Below, piece after piece: positions 46,881-57,356 of a DNA stretch of 64,000 nt. The stretch is taken from NCBI GenBank assembly GCA_033664045.1, contig GCA_033664045.1_3674.1; one strand, given 5' to 3'. Position 1 is the first letter of the stretch. The number at the start of each line of letters is the position of its first letter. This DNA comes from a phage. Under the pieces are notes generated by a model that saw only the letters and a program-made list of their open reading frames with translations, ran no database searches and was not told the DNA's origin. The translations under genes and the position numbers were made by a program.

Positions 46881-48250
46881 TGGAAAAAGGGCAGTATGAT
46901 GTAGGCACAGATGCTGCCCTCGTTGCAATCATGAGCGGTGAGAATGTCTTCGTTTCAGGACCCGCAGGTTGTGGGAAGACGTACCTCATCAACATGATCC
47001 AGTCAATGTATGGAGACTCTTGCATAACGGTTGCCCCGACAGGGGTAGCCGCTTTAAACGTTAATGGAGCAACAGCACACCGAACCTTCGATCTTGCAGC
47101 AGGTGTGAGCATGGAGTCAGACTGGACCGCAATAAGGGCAAAAACAGCAAAGCCTTTGAAAAGCAAGGCATTTACCATCCTAATTATCGATGAAATCTCT
47201 ATGATCCGTGCTGATAAGTTTATAGAGATGGATAGGAAACTTCGCTTCCTTCGAAAAAATGACAAACCTTTCGGAGGCATACAGGTCATATTGTTTGGCG
47301 ACTTTTACCAGGCACCTCCTGTTGTCTCTTCTATGGAGAAGGAAGCCTACTTCAACTTCTACCATACGGACCTGTGTTGCTATACCGAATCTTGGAAAGA
47401 GCTTGACCTCCACAACATAGCCCTAGTAGATCAGTTCCGACAGGAGTCTATTCGATTTGCCACAATGCTCAACTGTGTTCGTGAGGGTCGTCGCATAAAA
47501 GAGGTTGTAGCAGAGCTTAATGCTCGCTGTTACAAAGGCGGTGTACCAACAGACGCTCTCACAATTTGCGCCACCAACAAACAAGCAGAGGAAGTGAACA
47601 GAAGGTTCTATGATGCCATCAACGCCCCAGAGAAGGTATACACTGGTGAAATGAAGGGTAAGTTTCCCTCCACCCTACCAGTTGAGCAGGAGATGAAGTT
47701 GAAAATTGGCATGAAAGTTATGATAACCGCCAACGATGTTGACCCAACGCACAAAGTACCTTATTATGTTAACGGAACACGTGCCACAATTGTTAAATTT
47801 AAGAACAAGGCAGTGGTGGTAGAGCTTGAAGATGGAACACAGGTTGACATAGAGCAGATGTTGTGGGAGAATAACGAATATAAGCCATCTCAGAGATACA
47901 ACATTGCAGAAAGGAAGATGGAGAAGTTTATAGAGAGGGTAGTGATCGGGTCATATAAGCAACTCCCTCTGAAATCTGGGTACGCCGTAACATCTCATAA
48001 AAGTCAAGGACTTACACTAGATTGTTACAACCTAGACCTTGGAAAGAACGGAGCTTTCTCTCCTGGGATGACGTATGTCGCTTTGAGTAGAGTTAAGACA
48101 ATACAAGGAATAAACTTGTTGCGTCCACTAAGAGAGGTTGACATTATTGTTGACCCGCGAGTCGTAGAGTTTTACAATACAACATTCCCTGACTTAGACA
48201 AAATTGTCAGGAAAGATTTTGAAACCAGAGCCGAAGAGGGGGACGTATGA
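46880..48250 (+). CDS. SF1B DNA helicase (Dda/RecD/Pif1-like)
   Basis: Walker A SGPAGCGKTY, Walker B ILIIDEISM, C-terminal VALSRVKT. Confidence 0.75.
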   Translation: MEKGQYDVGTDAALVAIMSGENVFVSGPAGCGKTYLINMIQSMYGDSCITVAPTGVAALNVNGATAHRTFDLAAGVSMESDWTAIRAKTAKPLKSKAFTILIIDEISMIRADKFIEMDRKLRFLRKNDKPFGGIQVILFGDFYQAPPVVSSMEKEAYFNFYHTDLCCYTESWKELDLHNIALVDQFRQESIRFATMLNCVREGRRIKEVVAELNARCYKGGVPTDALTICATNKQAEEVNRRFYDAINAPEKVYTGEMKGKFPSTLPVEQEMKLKIGMKVMITANDVDPTHKVPYYVNGTRATIVKFKNKAVVVELEDGTQVDIEQMLWENNEYKPSQRYNIAERKMEKFIERVVIGSYKQLPLKSGYAVTSHKSQGLTLDCYNLDLGKNGAFSPGMTYVALSRVKTIQGINLLRPLREVDIIVDPRVVEFYNTTFPDLDKIVRKDFETRAEEGDV

Positions 48251-48588
48251 GTTTGTGGAGAAATATAGTTAACTACGTGTGCGGCAATCCAACTCCTGAA
48301 GAGAAGGATGTTGTGATTCACGATTTTACTAAAAGATCTCGTGAAAAAGATCTACTGCTAACAAAGGTGACTGATAAAGATCCTGCAGTAGGGGACTGGG
48401 CAGGTTTTGCGTTTACATCGGACAAATACACCTTTAACAAAGGTGACTACCTTGTTGTAGATTTTAACGAAGACATCGAGGGTGCTGAACCTTACTATCA
48501 GACCCTTATTGTTGCAGGGTGTGTTGATCTCTCTGCAGGCATGCACAGTTTGATTCTTTTTGAGCTTGACTCTGAAGACCTTGAGTAG
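48247..48588 (+). CDS. hypothetical protein
   Basis: ATGA-coupled to the helicase gene. Confidence 0.45.
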   Translation: MSLWRNIVNYVCGNPTPEEKDVVIHDFTKRSREKDLLLTKVTDKDPAVGDWAGFAFTSDKYTFNKGDYLVVDFNEDIEGAEPYYQTLIVAGCVDLSAGMHSLILFELDSEDLE

Positions 48589-48648
48589 TAAGATGTGAGT
48601 ATAAAGGGGAGGCACTCCTCCCCACAAAAACTAAGGAAGCACTAAACG

Positions 48649-48951
48649 ATGAAACGTTATAAACCATACACTTTTGAAATCGATTTCGAACTTGACGATA
48701 TGTTTACTGTAGAAGCTCAGGCAGTTGTCCAGTTGCCAGACCCGGAGTGCCGTGATTCTGATGTTGACTATTACGGATTTAGACAAATTACCGATGTGCA
48801 TGTTTACCACAACGGTGAAGAGGTGGACTTCCACCAACTGCCAAACGATTTGCGACACTCAATTTACAAACGTGCAGCCCGTGAACTAGAGTCCTATCTG
48901 GATGCAGCGACGACAGCAGCTGCATTTGCTGAAGAAGTGGGAGGTTTCTGA
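48649..48951 (+). CDS. hypothetical protein
   Basis: RBS AAGGAAG. Confidence 0.45.
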   Translation: MKRYKPYTFEIDFELDDMFTVEAQAVVQLPDPECRDSDVDYYGFRQITDVHVYHNGEEVDFHQLPNDLRHSIYKRAARELESYLDAATTAAAFAEEVGGF

Positions 48952-49349
48952 TGATTACAGGTGTGAAGATTATCCAATACCACTTAACCAAATTGGAAGA
49001 TGCTGAAAAAGAGCTTGCAGAAGTTCTGAATAGTGGATATACTTTACTATCATGCGCCTGCTCAGACACCTACGTTGTGTGGACACTTATCCGGAAGGAA
49101 GAGCCTGCGGGGATCTTGGTGCCAAACCCTAAGATCCTTAGTGAGGTGGATGACTACGCTCAGGACGGCCTGCCAGAAGGCTGGGAAGTATGGGAAGGTG
49201 GTGAAAACCCTGCACCAGGTAAGTGGGTAAAATACAAACTACGTAGCGGTGCGCAGTACGCTGACTACTCTGATGACCTAGACTGGAGTCATTCTTCACC
49301 AGGATCGTCTGCAAGTTCATATGATATCGTTGCTTTTCAGGAAGAATAA
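48951..49349 (+). CDS. hypothetical protein
   Basis: TGATG-coupled; RBS GGAGG. Confidence 0.45.
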   Translation: MITGVKIIQYHLTKLEDAEKELAEVLNSGYTLLSCACSDTYVVWTLIRKEEPAGILVPNPKILSEVDDYAQDGLPEGWEVWEGGENPAPGKWVKYKLRSGAQYADYSDDLDWSHSSPGSSASSYDIVAFQEE

Positions 49350-49361
49350 GGAGATAGTGTT

Positions 49362-49844
49362 ATGTCAGATTTTATGTGGAAAGTAGGTTACGCAGCTCCT
49401 GAAATGTGTGAGGCTTGCTTTGTGAAAATAGGCCGCGAGGATATCGACAAAGTGATCCTTAAGTTTCGTGATGTAGCTGTGATCGGCAACCGAGTGCTTA
49501 AGCACTTAAAGAATCTGAAGCTCACCAAAAAGAAGTTCTTCGGACTTTTCGAAGAGAAAGTTGATGCTTGGACCCATTGCATTCAGGAAGCTAAATCTCA
49601 CTACAGTGCTATCGTTACCCCAGAACGGGTAGCCAAGATGGAAGGACTCATCAACAGCACAGAGTTTGAGTGCCTAAAGGCTGCCCTTGATAGTTATCCG
49701 AAATGCCTCAAGCACTTGGACAAGTATGTGGAAAAGGATGGGGAAATGTATCTCACCCTGGACGCATATTATGAGATGCAAGAAATTTTAAATTTAGATT
49801 TGACATTGGTATCCACCGAGTATACAATAGGTATCCGGGTTTAA
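49362..49844 (+). CDS. hypothetical protein
   Basis: RBS AAGGAGA. Confidence 0.45.
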   Translation: MSDFMWKVGYAAPEMCEACFVKIGREDIDKVILKFRDVAVIGNRVLKHLKNLKLTKKKFFGLFEEKVDAWTHCIQEAKSHYSAIVTPERVAKMEGLINSTEFECLKAALDSYPKCLKHLDKYVEKDGEMYLTLDAYYEMQEILNLDLTLVSTEYTIGIRV

Positions 49845-49849
49845 CACTA

Positions 49850-49878
49850 GGCCCTGCCCGAAAGGGTGGGGCTTTTTG
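49850..49878 (+). terminator. rho-independent terminator with GAAA tetraloop; exact copy of the hairpin at 60657
   Basis: gccctgcccGAAAgggtggggc followed by ttttt. Confidence 0.7.
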
Positions 49879-49895
49879 CATTAGGAGACAGCAAA

Positions 49896-50657
49896 TTGAA
49901 ATTTATCTACAAAGAACACTACCACAAAGGTGTTGTGTGGAGTCTATTTGACGGGTCTGGTGGTGCAGTCATTGACTGGGCAAAAGCTGGATATCTGTGC
50001 CTGTGCTTTAATGCAGAAGGTGCTGATCACGGCAGCTATGCAGAGGTGATAACCGATCATCCCAACATTCACTACGTGGATTATTGGATTGACCCATGGT
50101 TCCCTCAGGAAACTTTTTGCATGTACCCAGCTCCAGACTTTATTCTTGCATTTCCTCCGTGCACGCATTTAGCGGTATCAGGTGCCGCACATTTTAAGAA
50201 AAAGCTGGCTAAGGACCCCATGATCCAAATTAATGCTGTAAAGGATGCTCGGGTTGCGGAAGAACTGGGAGAGATTTACGATTGCCCGTGGCATGTAGAG
50301 AATCCTGTTGGTGTTATGTCCACACTGTGGCGCAAACCTGATTACCGTTTTCATCCTTCTGACTATGGCGGGTATTTACCGGAGGATGATGTAAACCCCT
50401 GGTTTCCTGAATTTATAGCTCCACGTGATGCCTATCCAAAAATAACTTGCGGCTGGATAGGTAATGGATTTATAATCCCGGCCACAAAACCTGTCCCGCA
50501 AATAGTTGACGCGGTTAGCGGGTATTCCATGCAACACGCCAAGCTGGGTGGAAAGAGTGCAAGAACGAAGATGATCCGAAGCCTTACACCACGTGGCTGG
50601 GCAAAAGCCGTATTCTTAGCAAACGAGCCTGTAGTAAGGAGAAGGGCCAATGGTTGA
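49896..50657 (+). CDS. compact DNA (cytosine-5) methyltransferase-like protein
   Basis: Motif I LFDGSGG, motif IV FPPCTHLAVSG, motif VI ENPVG, motif X-like WIGNGF; TTG start after AGGAGA (the track's GTG start sits inside the terminator hairpin). Confidence 0.5.
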   Translation: MKFIYKEHYHKGVVWSLFDGSGGAVIDWAKAGYLCLCFNAEGADHGSYAEVITDHPNIHYVDYWIDPWFPQETFCMYPAPDFILAFPPCTHLAVSGAAHFKKKLAKDPMIQINAVKDARVAEELGEIYDCPWHVENPVGVMSTLWRKPDYRFHPSDYGGYLPEDDVNPWFPEFIAPRDAYPKITCGWIGNGFIIPATKPVPQIVDAVSGYSMQHAKLGGKSARTKMIRSLTPRGWAKAVFLANEPVVRRRANG

Positions 50658-51321
50658 CTGGAGCAAGTATTTCACCTACAGTGACGGCAAACTGTTCTGG
50701 GCGTACACTGCAAAAGCCGGAAGGGGCAGGGTTATACATTACGCAGGTGAGGAGGCCACAGGTACAGATAAAAATGGCTATAGAGTGATATATGTGTCAG
50801 GTGTTGGGAGTGTTCGTAGGCATAGAATAGTTTGGGAGATGCATTACGGGGAGATACCCGAAGGACTTGTTGTGCGGCACAAGAACGACATAGCAGGCGA
50901 TGATAGGGTAGAGAACTTAGTCCTAGGTACACAGGGCGATAATGCACGAGACATGATCTACAGTGACAAACTGAGCATTAACAATACCTCAGGGTGTCGA
51001 GGTGTACGCTACCATAAAGGCATAAAAAGATGGATTGCATCTGTTGGAGACATATACTTAGGATGTTTTAAGACAAAAGAGGATGCAATTGCATGCAGAA
51101 AGTTATGGGAGAAGGGAAAATTCGTCCCGCAAGAGTTGGATGTTAGAAACACTAGCGGTGTAACAGGAGTGTTCTATGTGCCGAGCTCTGGAAGGTGGAG
51201 AGTAAGAGTGCAAAGCGGCAAAAAGAGAAAGAGCTATGGCACTTACAATACTTTAGAAGAAGCAAAAGCTGTAAGAGATAGAGTGATGAAAGAGATTGAG
51301 GAGTTTAAAGATGGGGAATAA
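50650..51321 (+). CDS. HNH endonuclease with AP2 domains (free-standing homing endonuclease type)
   Basis: HNH_3-like RRHRIVWEMHYGEIPEGLVVRHKNDIAGDDRVENL plus two AP2-like repeats (SGCRGVRYH..., SGVTGVFYV...). Confidence 0.7.
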   Translation: MVDWSKYFTYSDGKLFWAYTAKAGRGRVIHYAGEEATGTDKNGYRVIYVSGVGSVRRHRIVWEMHYGEIPEGLVVRHKNDIAGDDRVENLVLGTQGDNARDMIYSDKLSINNTSGCRGVRYHKGIKRWIASVGDIYLGCFKTKEDAIACRKLWEKGKFVPQELDVRNTSGVTGVFYVPSSGRWRVRVQSGKKRKSYGTYNTLEEAKAVRDRVMKEIEEFKDGE

Positions 51322-53389
51322 GTTTATATCCTCTGCATATAGCCGCTATGGAGAACCCAACCCGGTTGCAACAAGATACAAAAGTGGGGGCAGTATGAAA
51401 CGAGACTATCGTGATGAAAAAGAGGTTGAAACTGTAGAGACTGTTTTAGAAAATACTAAAATTGTCCCTGTTCCACAACAGAATATAGGGCTAATGGCTG
51501 CTCAATATTTTGGTGTGCGATCAGCATTATCCCAAGAAGATGGTGTGACAGTCACTGCAACATATTTTCCATATTATGACCGCTACGGAAATCTGTCTGG
51601 TTTCAAAAAACGTGATTGGTCTAAGCCGAAAGAGCAGAAAGGACACTGGTCTGTAGTAGGCATCGTAAAGGCTAACTCCCAGATGTTTGGTCAAAAGCTG
51701 TGTGCATCTTCCAACAACCGTAAGCAGATTAACGTTTGTGAGGGGGAAGGTGATGTTATTGCAGCATGGCAGGCTGCATATCAGATACAAGTAAAAGGGA
51801 TTCTCACCAACGCTAAAGCCCCGGCAAAGGTGAAGCAGTGGGCTAAAGAGGTCCAAGACGGGATCGACGCAGTTATCAACGGTGGTGATCTGGCAGGAAA
51901 ACCCTGCCTGCCTTTTGTTGGAATTAACTGTGGATGTGCAAACGCAGTAGATACTTTTGCAAACAATGAGAAGTTTATCCGTAGCTATGGAACAGTTGTG
52001 CTGGCAATGGATAACGATGCAGCTAACGAGGTAGAGAAGCAAAAACACGTCATCAAAGGTGTTGAGGCCACGCACAATATCGCAGCATTTTTGATGGCTG
52101 ATAACGTTTACCACGTAGAATACCCCGGTGAAGTAAACGACCCTGATGGTGTAAAAGATATCCGAGACATGCTGAAGGCTAAAAAGCTGGAAGATATTGT
52201 CAACATGTTCCGGCATCCTGTTAAATATGTACCTGATGCTGTGTCGGATTTAGAAGACTTCTCTATCGAGTCTTTGCGGAAAAAGACTTCCAACGGGGTA
52301 GATATCAGTGCAGAGTTCCCAAAACTGCAAAAAATGCTAAAAGGCTTGCACAAAGGGACACTCGTAATGCTTACAGGTCCATCAGGCGGCGGTAAAACAA
52401 CCGTGGCTAAAAAACTGGAACACTGTATTGCAAGATACCTAATGGACCCGACATGCCCGAAGGCCGATGACTATGAAGAGGATGATCGTCTATGTATGAT
52501 CCATCTTGAGGAGGATCCAGAGGAAGCAATTAACTCCTTGTATGCAAACCAGTTAGGGTTTGATGTTAAAGAGTTTGTTGAAGATCCTAGCCAGTTTTTA
52601 ACTGATCAAGAACACGCAGAGATTCACCAATCATGGGCAAAAGCTGGAAAAATCAAAGTGTTCAAACATTTCGGGTCTATTCCGGTGGACGAGTTGATTA
52701 CCAAGCTTAAGCAAATGGTTTGCCTGTACCATTGTCGTTATATTGTGCTGGATCACCTGTCCATGGTAATTTCAGGGCTTAATGTTAAGGATGAGCGAAA
52801 AGAACTGGACATGGCTATGACCCAACTGGCTGCGTTTTGTAAGCAGTTTAACGTGTTTATCTTGGTGATCGCTCACCTCAAACGTACAGAGATTGTGCCT
52901 CCTAAAGACAAGGATGGTAACCCGTTACCTTTCTGGTATCCTGTGCGAAAAGAGAATTTGCGAGGATCGGCTGGGCTTGAACAGTTGAGTTGGGTAGTCA
53001 TAGGTGTCGAGGCCGAAGAAATGGTGGATCGTTCTCGTGGGCGTGTCCGTTTAGTAGGTCTTAAAAACCGTCCAGCAAAAACATTGGGTATTGCAGACAC
53101 TTTGGTTATGGACCCACATACAGGTAAGTTCCATGATGCCAGTAATTGGTACTGGGACAAAGAAATGCAAATGTTTACAGATGGAGAAGGTGGGGAGGTT
53201 GTTTGGAGACCTCAGGCTATGTTTGAGGATCAGGAGCATGCAGTTGTAGAAACACCTATGGGCAAGGTTGTGGCTGATAAGGTTGTAACTCCTACTGTTA
53301 AGCCTGTTGACACGCAGGAAGACCTCCAGTACGATGATCCGTCCTCTGACCATGTTCCTGGTTTTGAGGATGATGAAACACCTTTTTAA
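51311..53389 (+). CDS. DNA primase-helicase (Toprim + DnaB-like helicase, T7 gp4-type)
   Basis: Toprim-like VCEGEGDVIAAW; Walker A LTGPSGGGKTT; start placed at the ATG at 51311 after AGGAG. Confidence 0.7.
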   Translation: MGNKFISSAYSRYGEPNPVATRYKSGGSMKRDYRDEKEVETVETVLENTKIVPVPQQNIGLMAAQYFGVRSALSQEDGVTVTATYFPYYDRYGNLSGFKKRDWSKPKEQKGHWSVVGIVKANSQMFGQKLCASSNNRKQINVCEGEGDVIAAWQAAYQIQVKGILTNAKAPAKVKQWAKEVQDGIDAVINGGDLAGKPCLPFVGINCGCANAVDTFANNEKFIRSYGTVVLAMDNDAANEVEKQKHVIKGVEATHNIAAFLMADNVYHVEYPGEVNDPDGVKDIRDMLKAKKLEDIVNMFRHPVKYVPDAVSDLEDFSIESLRKKTSNGVDISAEFPKLQKMLKGLHKGTLVMLTGPSGGGKTTVAKKLEHCIARYLMDPTCPKADDYEEDDRLCMIHLEEDPEEAINSLYANQLGFDVKEFVEDPSQFLTDQEHAEIHQSWAKAGKIKVFKHFGSIPVDELITKLKQMVCLYHCRYIVLDHLSMVISGLNVKDERKELDMAMTQLAAFCKQFNVFILVIAHLKRTEIVPPKDKDGNPLPFWYPVRKENLRGSAGLEQLSWVVIGVEAEEMVDRSRGRVRLVGLKNRPAKTLGIADTLVMDPHTGKFHDASNWYWDKEMQMFTDGEGGEVVWRPQAMFEDQEHAVVETPMGKVVADKVVTPTVKPVDTQEDLQYDDPSSDHVPGFEDDETPF

Positions 53390-53447
53390 TGTTTAACAAA
53401 GAGTGGGAGGGGTAGTACAACCGCCTCCCCTTTAAGGAGAACACTTT

Positions 53448-56225
53448 ATGAGTATGTATAGCTTCGATTTTGAGGCCTCTGGGCTTTTGGAAGATCCAGA
53501 CCTTTATTATCACTGCGGCCTGTTTAAAGCGTTGAATAAGAACCGTTTTATGCTGTTCCTTCCTCTGAATGACCGCACACACTACTCCGAGGAGGATATA
53601 GAGAAGGCTAAGAACTTTATTCTGGCAAAGAAAACTCTTTATAAGGATTTTGAAGTTCGCATAGCAGATTTTTCGGAGTTGGAAGGGTGGCTTACAGGAA
53701 ATTCTGACTGGTCACCCACAGCTTTGAACTGCCACAACTGCTACAGCTACGACTTTATGCTGATGGAGAGATTGTCCGGTATTCATTTTGATATGTTCCG
53801 TGATCCTAAGTGTATGGGGACTATCAACGACCACCAGGTTAATCTGTTTGATACATTGGCTATGAGCCGAATTTTGTGGCCTGACCGACCTTTGCCAAAA
53901 GGTTGTCCAGACGCTGTATTCAACCCGGTTACTAAGAAAATGCAGCCTGTTGGTCCTCACGGCCTTATGGCATGGGGCTACGCTCTTGGTAACCAGAAAG
54001 TTCAAATTGATGACTGGCGCGATCTTCCGTTGTGGAAGTATGTGGATCGTGTATTCGAGGACGTTATCATCCAGGAGCTGCTCTGGAAAGAGCTGGTAGC
54101 GGAATCAAAAGGTGTATTCTACGGCAAATCTGACATGCAGAACTTTATGTACGATCCTGCCAAAGAGAAGCCGAAAGGATTCAAGAAGATCACCTGGAAG
54201 AACGCATTACGTCGAGGCATGCTGCAGCACTTCCTGATGGAGCTGCAGGCCCGTCAGGGCGTATACTTCGACATAGATGGAGCTATTGCTTTACGTGACC
54301 GTTGCGATGCGTGGATGAAAGAAATCGCTGATCGTGTTGAACCACAACTGCCTTTAAAAGAGCTGTCAATGTCTCAGCGGCCCAAGTTCCCTGAAAAGCC
54401 GTTTAACCAAGACGGGACAATCTCCAATAATGGTTGGAAATGGTTAAAAGATAAGCTTGGCTATCCTGTAGACATGAGCGCTTTAGAGTTCAAAGCCCCG
54501 CCTAAGAGAGCATTTACCTCTACAGGAGATGTCAGCAAGATGGGGATAAAATGGTGTGAAGAGATGGGATGCAAAGACCCCGATAAGATGGCTGATTTCT
54601 TGAGAGGCTATATTAAGGGCACTTCCACACCACACCCTTTGCCTAAAGAGCTGATGGATCAGGCAATAAGTGATCTACAGCAGAAGCGAATGCCGGACTG
54701 CAAGATACCTATGAAAATCAGCAACCAGGACGACATTAAGCGATACCTGATCAGTGCTGGCTGGCTTCCGACAATGTGGAGAACTAAGGATGTAACTAAA
54801 GACAGCAAGAAGAAAGCTTTACCTGATGCAGATGTTGATGCACGAGTATATGCATATATGGACGAGCTTTTGGAGTCAGAGTATTGTGACCTAATTATCA
54901 ACTTCTGGAACAAAACTGATGCTAAGTTCCAGACAACCGTGCACAAGTTCCGAAGCTTTCCTAACTCCGAAAGGATTAAAAAGGAAGTATTCGGGAAAAT
55001 ACGTAGAAAAGCTAGGGCACTTATTACTTCTCCGCAACTGAAAGATACGTTTGGACACCTATGCCCAAATCTTGAAAAATTGAACGGAGAGATGGCTAAA
55101 GATATCGTCTTGTGGTTATCATTGCGAAACCGCAGATCGGTCCTTGATCCAATCAAGGAGGATAAGGTTGATACTGGTCTTCTTAATCACCCACGCTTGA
55201 AGATTGACCATAAGCTTCCTGCTAAAAGTTCTGGATTAACAAACACTTCCCGACAGAAACACAGTATTTGTGCAAACATGCCTAAACCATCTCCTAAAGT
55301 GGTTATGGGTAAAGAGATGCGTAGTCTGTGGGGTGTTCCTCCAGGATACTTTGAGATCGGTATTGACGGGTCCAACTTAGAGCAGCTTATCGGGGCTTGG
55401 GGTGCCTTTGAGTTCGACAACGGCTTGTATTATGATGTTGTAAGTAACGGGGACGCACACCAAAACAATGCTGAGGCATATACAAAAGTAGCAGGCAGAG
55501 AGGTGTCTCGTAACGACGGTAAACCTATCACGTATGGGGTTATGTACGGGGCACAAAAAGATAAAGTTGCAGACATGCTGGATATCTCTCCAGAGTTGGG
55601 GCAAAGGGTAATCGATGCGCTTTGGGATGCCAACCCAGGTCTTAAGGGGCGTAAAGAGGATCTGGAGAAATTCTGGGAAGCAACTGGTAAGAAGTTTATC
55701 TACTCTTTTGATGGTCATGCCATCTGGACCCGATCTAAACACTCTTTACTTAATGCATACCAACAAAATGGCGGTGCATCGTTGTGTGATTTAGTTGGGA
55801 TACTCATGCACCACCAAATGGTGAGGCGTGGGTGGTACGATGAAGGTGTTCGTCGTATTATCTATTACCATGACGAATATCAGCTTCAAGTACCTGACAC
55901 ACCGAAGTATAAGACTGTGTACACCTTCGACACAATTGAAGAATTGGAAGCATTTAAGGCAGAGCAGGAGGCCAAACTTCATGTGTTCGACGGTCATAAG
56001 TACAAAAAGGCACGCAAGGATGAAAACGGAAACGAAGTGGTTGACAGAGACGGAAACACGGTGTACGATCCTATCTTGAACGATGACGGAAAGCTTGAAC
56101 TTATCTGGAGTCCTGTGGGCGAAATGGTGGTACATTGCTTCTGGCAAGCTTCTAAAATGATGGGAGTCCCGTTCCAGATCACAGGTGAATACTTGTGTGG
56201 TCGTAATTGGGGTGATTGTCACTAA
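53448..56225 (+). CDS. family A DNA polymerase with 3'-5' exonuclease domain
   Basis: Exo I FDFEASGL, motif A GIDGSNLEQ, motif B RNDGKPITYGVMYG, motif C YYHDEYQL. Confidence 0.85.
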   Translation: MSMYSFDFEASGLLEDPDLYYHCGLFKALNKNRFMLFLPLNDRTHYSEEDIEKAKNFILAKKTLYKDFEVRIADFSELEGWLTGNSDWSPTALNCHNCYSYDFMLMERLSGIHFDMFRDPKCMGTINDHQVNLFDTLAMSRILWPDRPLPKGCPDAVFNPVTKKMQPVGPHGLMAWGYALGNQKVQIDDWRDLPLWKYVDRVFEDVIIQELLWKELVAESKGVFYGKSDMQNFMYDPAKEKPKGFKKITWKNALRRGMLQHFLMELQARQGVYFDIDGAIALRDRCDAWMKEIADRVEPQLPLKELSMSQRPKFPEKPFNQDGTISNNGWKWLKDKLGYPVDMSALEFKAPPKRAFTSTGDVSKMGIKWCEEMGCKDPDKMADFLRGYIKGTSTPHPLPKELMDQAISDLQQKRMPDCKIPMKISNQDDIKRYLISAGWLPTMWRTKDVTKDSKKKALPDADVDARVYAYMDELLESEYCDLIINFWNKTDAKFQTTVHKFRSFPNSERIKKEVFGKIRRKARALITSPQLKDTFGHLCPNLEKLNGEMAKDIVLWLSLRNRRSVLDPIKEDKVDTGLLNHPRLKIDHKLPAKSSGLTNTSRQKHSICANMPKPSPKVVMGKEMRSLWGVPPGYFEIGIDGSNLEQLIGAWGAFEFDNGLYYDVVSNGDAHQNNAEAYTKVAGREVSRNDGKPITYGVMYGAQKDKVADMLDISPELGQRVIDALWDANPGLKGRKEDLEKFWEATGKKFIYSFDGHAIWTRSKHSLLNAYQQNGGASLCDLVGILMHHQMVRRGWYDEGVRRIIYYHDEYQLQVPDTPKYKTVYTFDTIEELEAFKAEQEAKLHVFDGHKYKKARKDENGNEVVDRDGNTVYDPILNDDGKLELIWSPVGEMVVHCFWQASKMMGVPFQITGEYLCGRNWGDCH

Positions 56226-56274
56226 TGTAAACTATCAACACATGGAAGTGTTGTTGAGCAAAGAGGAGACTTTT

Positions 56275-56559
56275 ATGGTAGTAGAGCCAACAAAAACATT
56301 TACATCCATGACCATTCCTGTTATTATGCAGGTGGAGTGTGTTCAGGTATCTCAAGTGTGGCCTGGCACCAAAATCCCAACAGGGCCTGATTTCTTTCAG
56401 GTTGGGAAAGTGTACAATGTCTGGAAGGCACCAGATTGTTACCCTTTCATTAAAGATGACCGTGGGATGCTGTGGTATCTTGGAAATGACTTGACACTGC
56501 ACCTTGGGAATGCTATTATTGCAGTATTCAGACTTAACAAGAAGGAGACCGATCAATGA
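56275..56559 (+). CDS. small paralog family 1 protein (94 aa)
   Basis: Track ORF trimmed to Met31, which has GAGGAGA upstream; shares FF.VGK.Y.V...IKDD.G..WY with the next two ORFs. Confidence 0.45.
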   Translation: MVVEPTKTFTSMTIPVIMQVECVQVSQVWPGTKIPTGPDFFQVGKVYNVWKAPDCYPFIKDDRGMLWYLGNDLTLHLGNAIIAVFRLNKKETDQ

Positions 56560-56783
56560 CGACTTTGGTTAAAGCTACCTTTGTAGAAGAAAAGATGACA
56601 GACCTGTCATTCTTTAAAGAAGGAAAGACCTACGAGGTTTATTACGATAAAAATCGTGCAAACAAGATGATTAAAGACGAGGAAGGGATTGCCTGGTTTA
56701 TCTCCCATCTGGCAAACGGTGAGTATCATATCTACGGAACCACCCTGCTTGCCAAGTTTGTAGCTGTTGAAGAGGGCCTATGA
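56556..56783 (+). CDS. small paralog family 1 protein (75 aa)
   Basis: RBS AGGAGA; motif FFKEGKTYEVYY...MIKDEEGIAWFISH. Confidence 0.5.
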   Translation: MTTLVKATFVEEKMTDLSFFKEGKTYEVYYDKNRANKMIKDEEGIAWFISHLANGEYHIYGTTLLAKFVAVEEGL

Positions 56784-56974
56784 AAGTAAAGTATCTGGCT
56801 GAGGGTATGAGTAGGTATTTCACCCTTGGTGAAGAATATTGGCCCTTTACAAGCAACGGCGATGTCTACGTGAAAGATAATTCCGGCACGCCGTGGTTTC
56901 TGCACTTTAATGGGCTGGGATACTCCATTTACTGCGGTGCAGTGAACAACACAACACTTGCAGAGTTTGTATAG
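56780..56974 (+). CDS. small paralog family 1 protein (64 aa)
   Basis: Motif YFTLGEEY...YVKDNSGTPWFLHF. Confidence 0.45.
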   Translation: MKVKYLAEGMSRYFTLGEEYWPFTSNGDVYVKDNSGTPWFLHFNGLGYSIYCGAVNNTTLAEFV

Positions 56975-56984
56975 GGGAGGCAGG

Positions 56985-57356
56985 ATGTTAGTAAAAGGTA
57001 CTCACACAGTCAAACAGCGTATTGAAGTTGAGATTGATGATTGTGAGCTGAAGCATATTCTACGGTCATGTTCTAACGTTTTGCTCCTTAGCATTCTTCA
57101 GGAGCGAGCAGAGAACGAGTTCTTAAATGCACTGGCAGGCCGTCCTGGTGACTTCTGTGTGCGTAAGCGTGGTGACAACAAGTCATGGCTGTGGGAAATC
57201 GATGCCGACTGGGATTACCACAAAAATGAGGGTATAGATGAGCCTATTCGTGAATTGACAGACAAAGAGGTTCAGATGTACAATGAAGTTTGTCATTGGG
57301 CAACACGCCAACAAATTTACCTCGACCCTGTGTGGCTGATTGAAAATAGTCATTGA
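56985..57356 (+). CDS. hypothetical protein (123 aa)
   Basis: Track ORF trimmed to Met10, which has GGGAGG upstream. Confidence 0.45.
   Translation: MLVKGTHTVKQRIEVEIDDCELKHILRSCSNVLLLSILQERAENEFLNALAGRPGDFCVRKRGDNKSWLWEIDADWDYHKNEGIDEPIRELTDKEVQMYNEVCHWATRQQIYLDPVWLIENSH

Noticed and set aside
48589-48648. Hairpin ggggaggcactcctcccc as a terminator
   Set aside because: Followed by an A-rich rather than T-rich tract on the coding strand; possibly a stabilising stem-loop, unproven.
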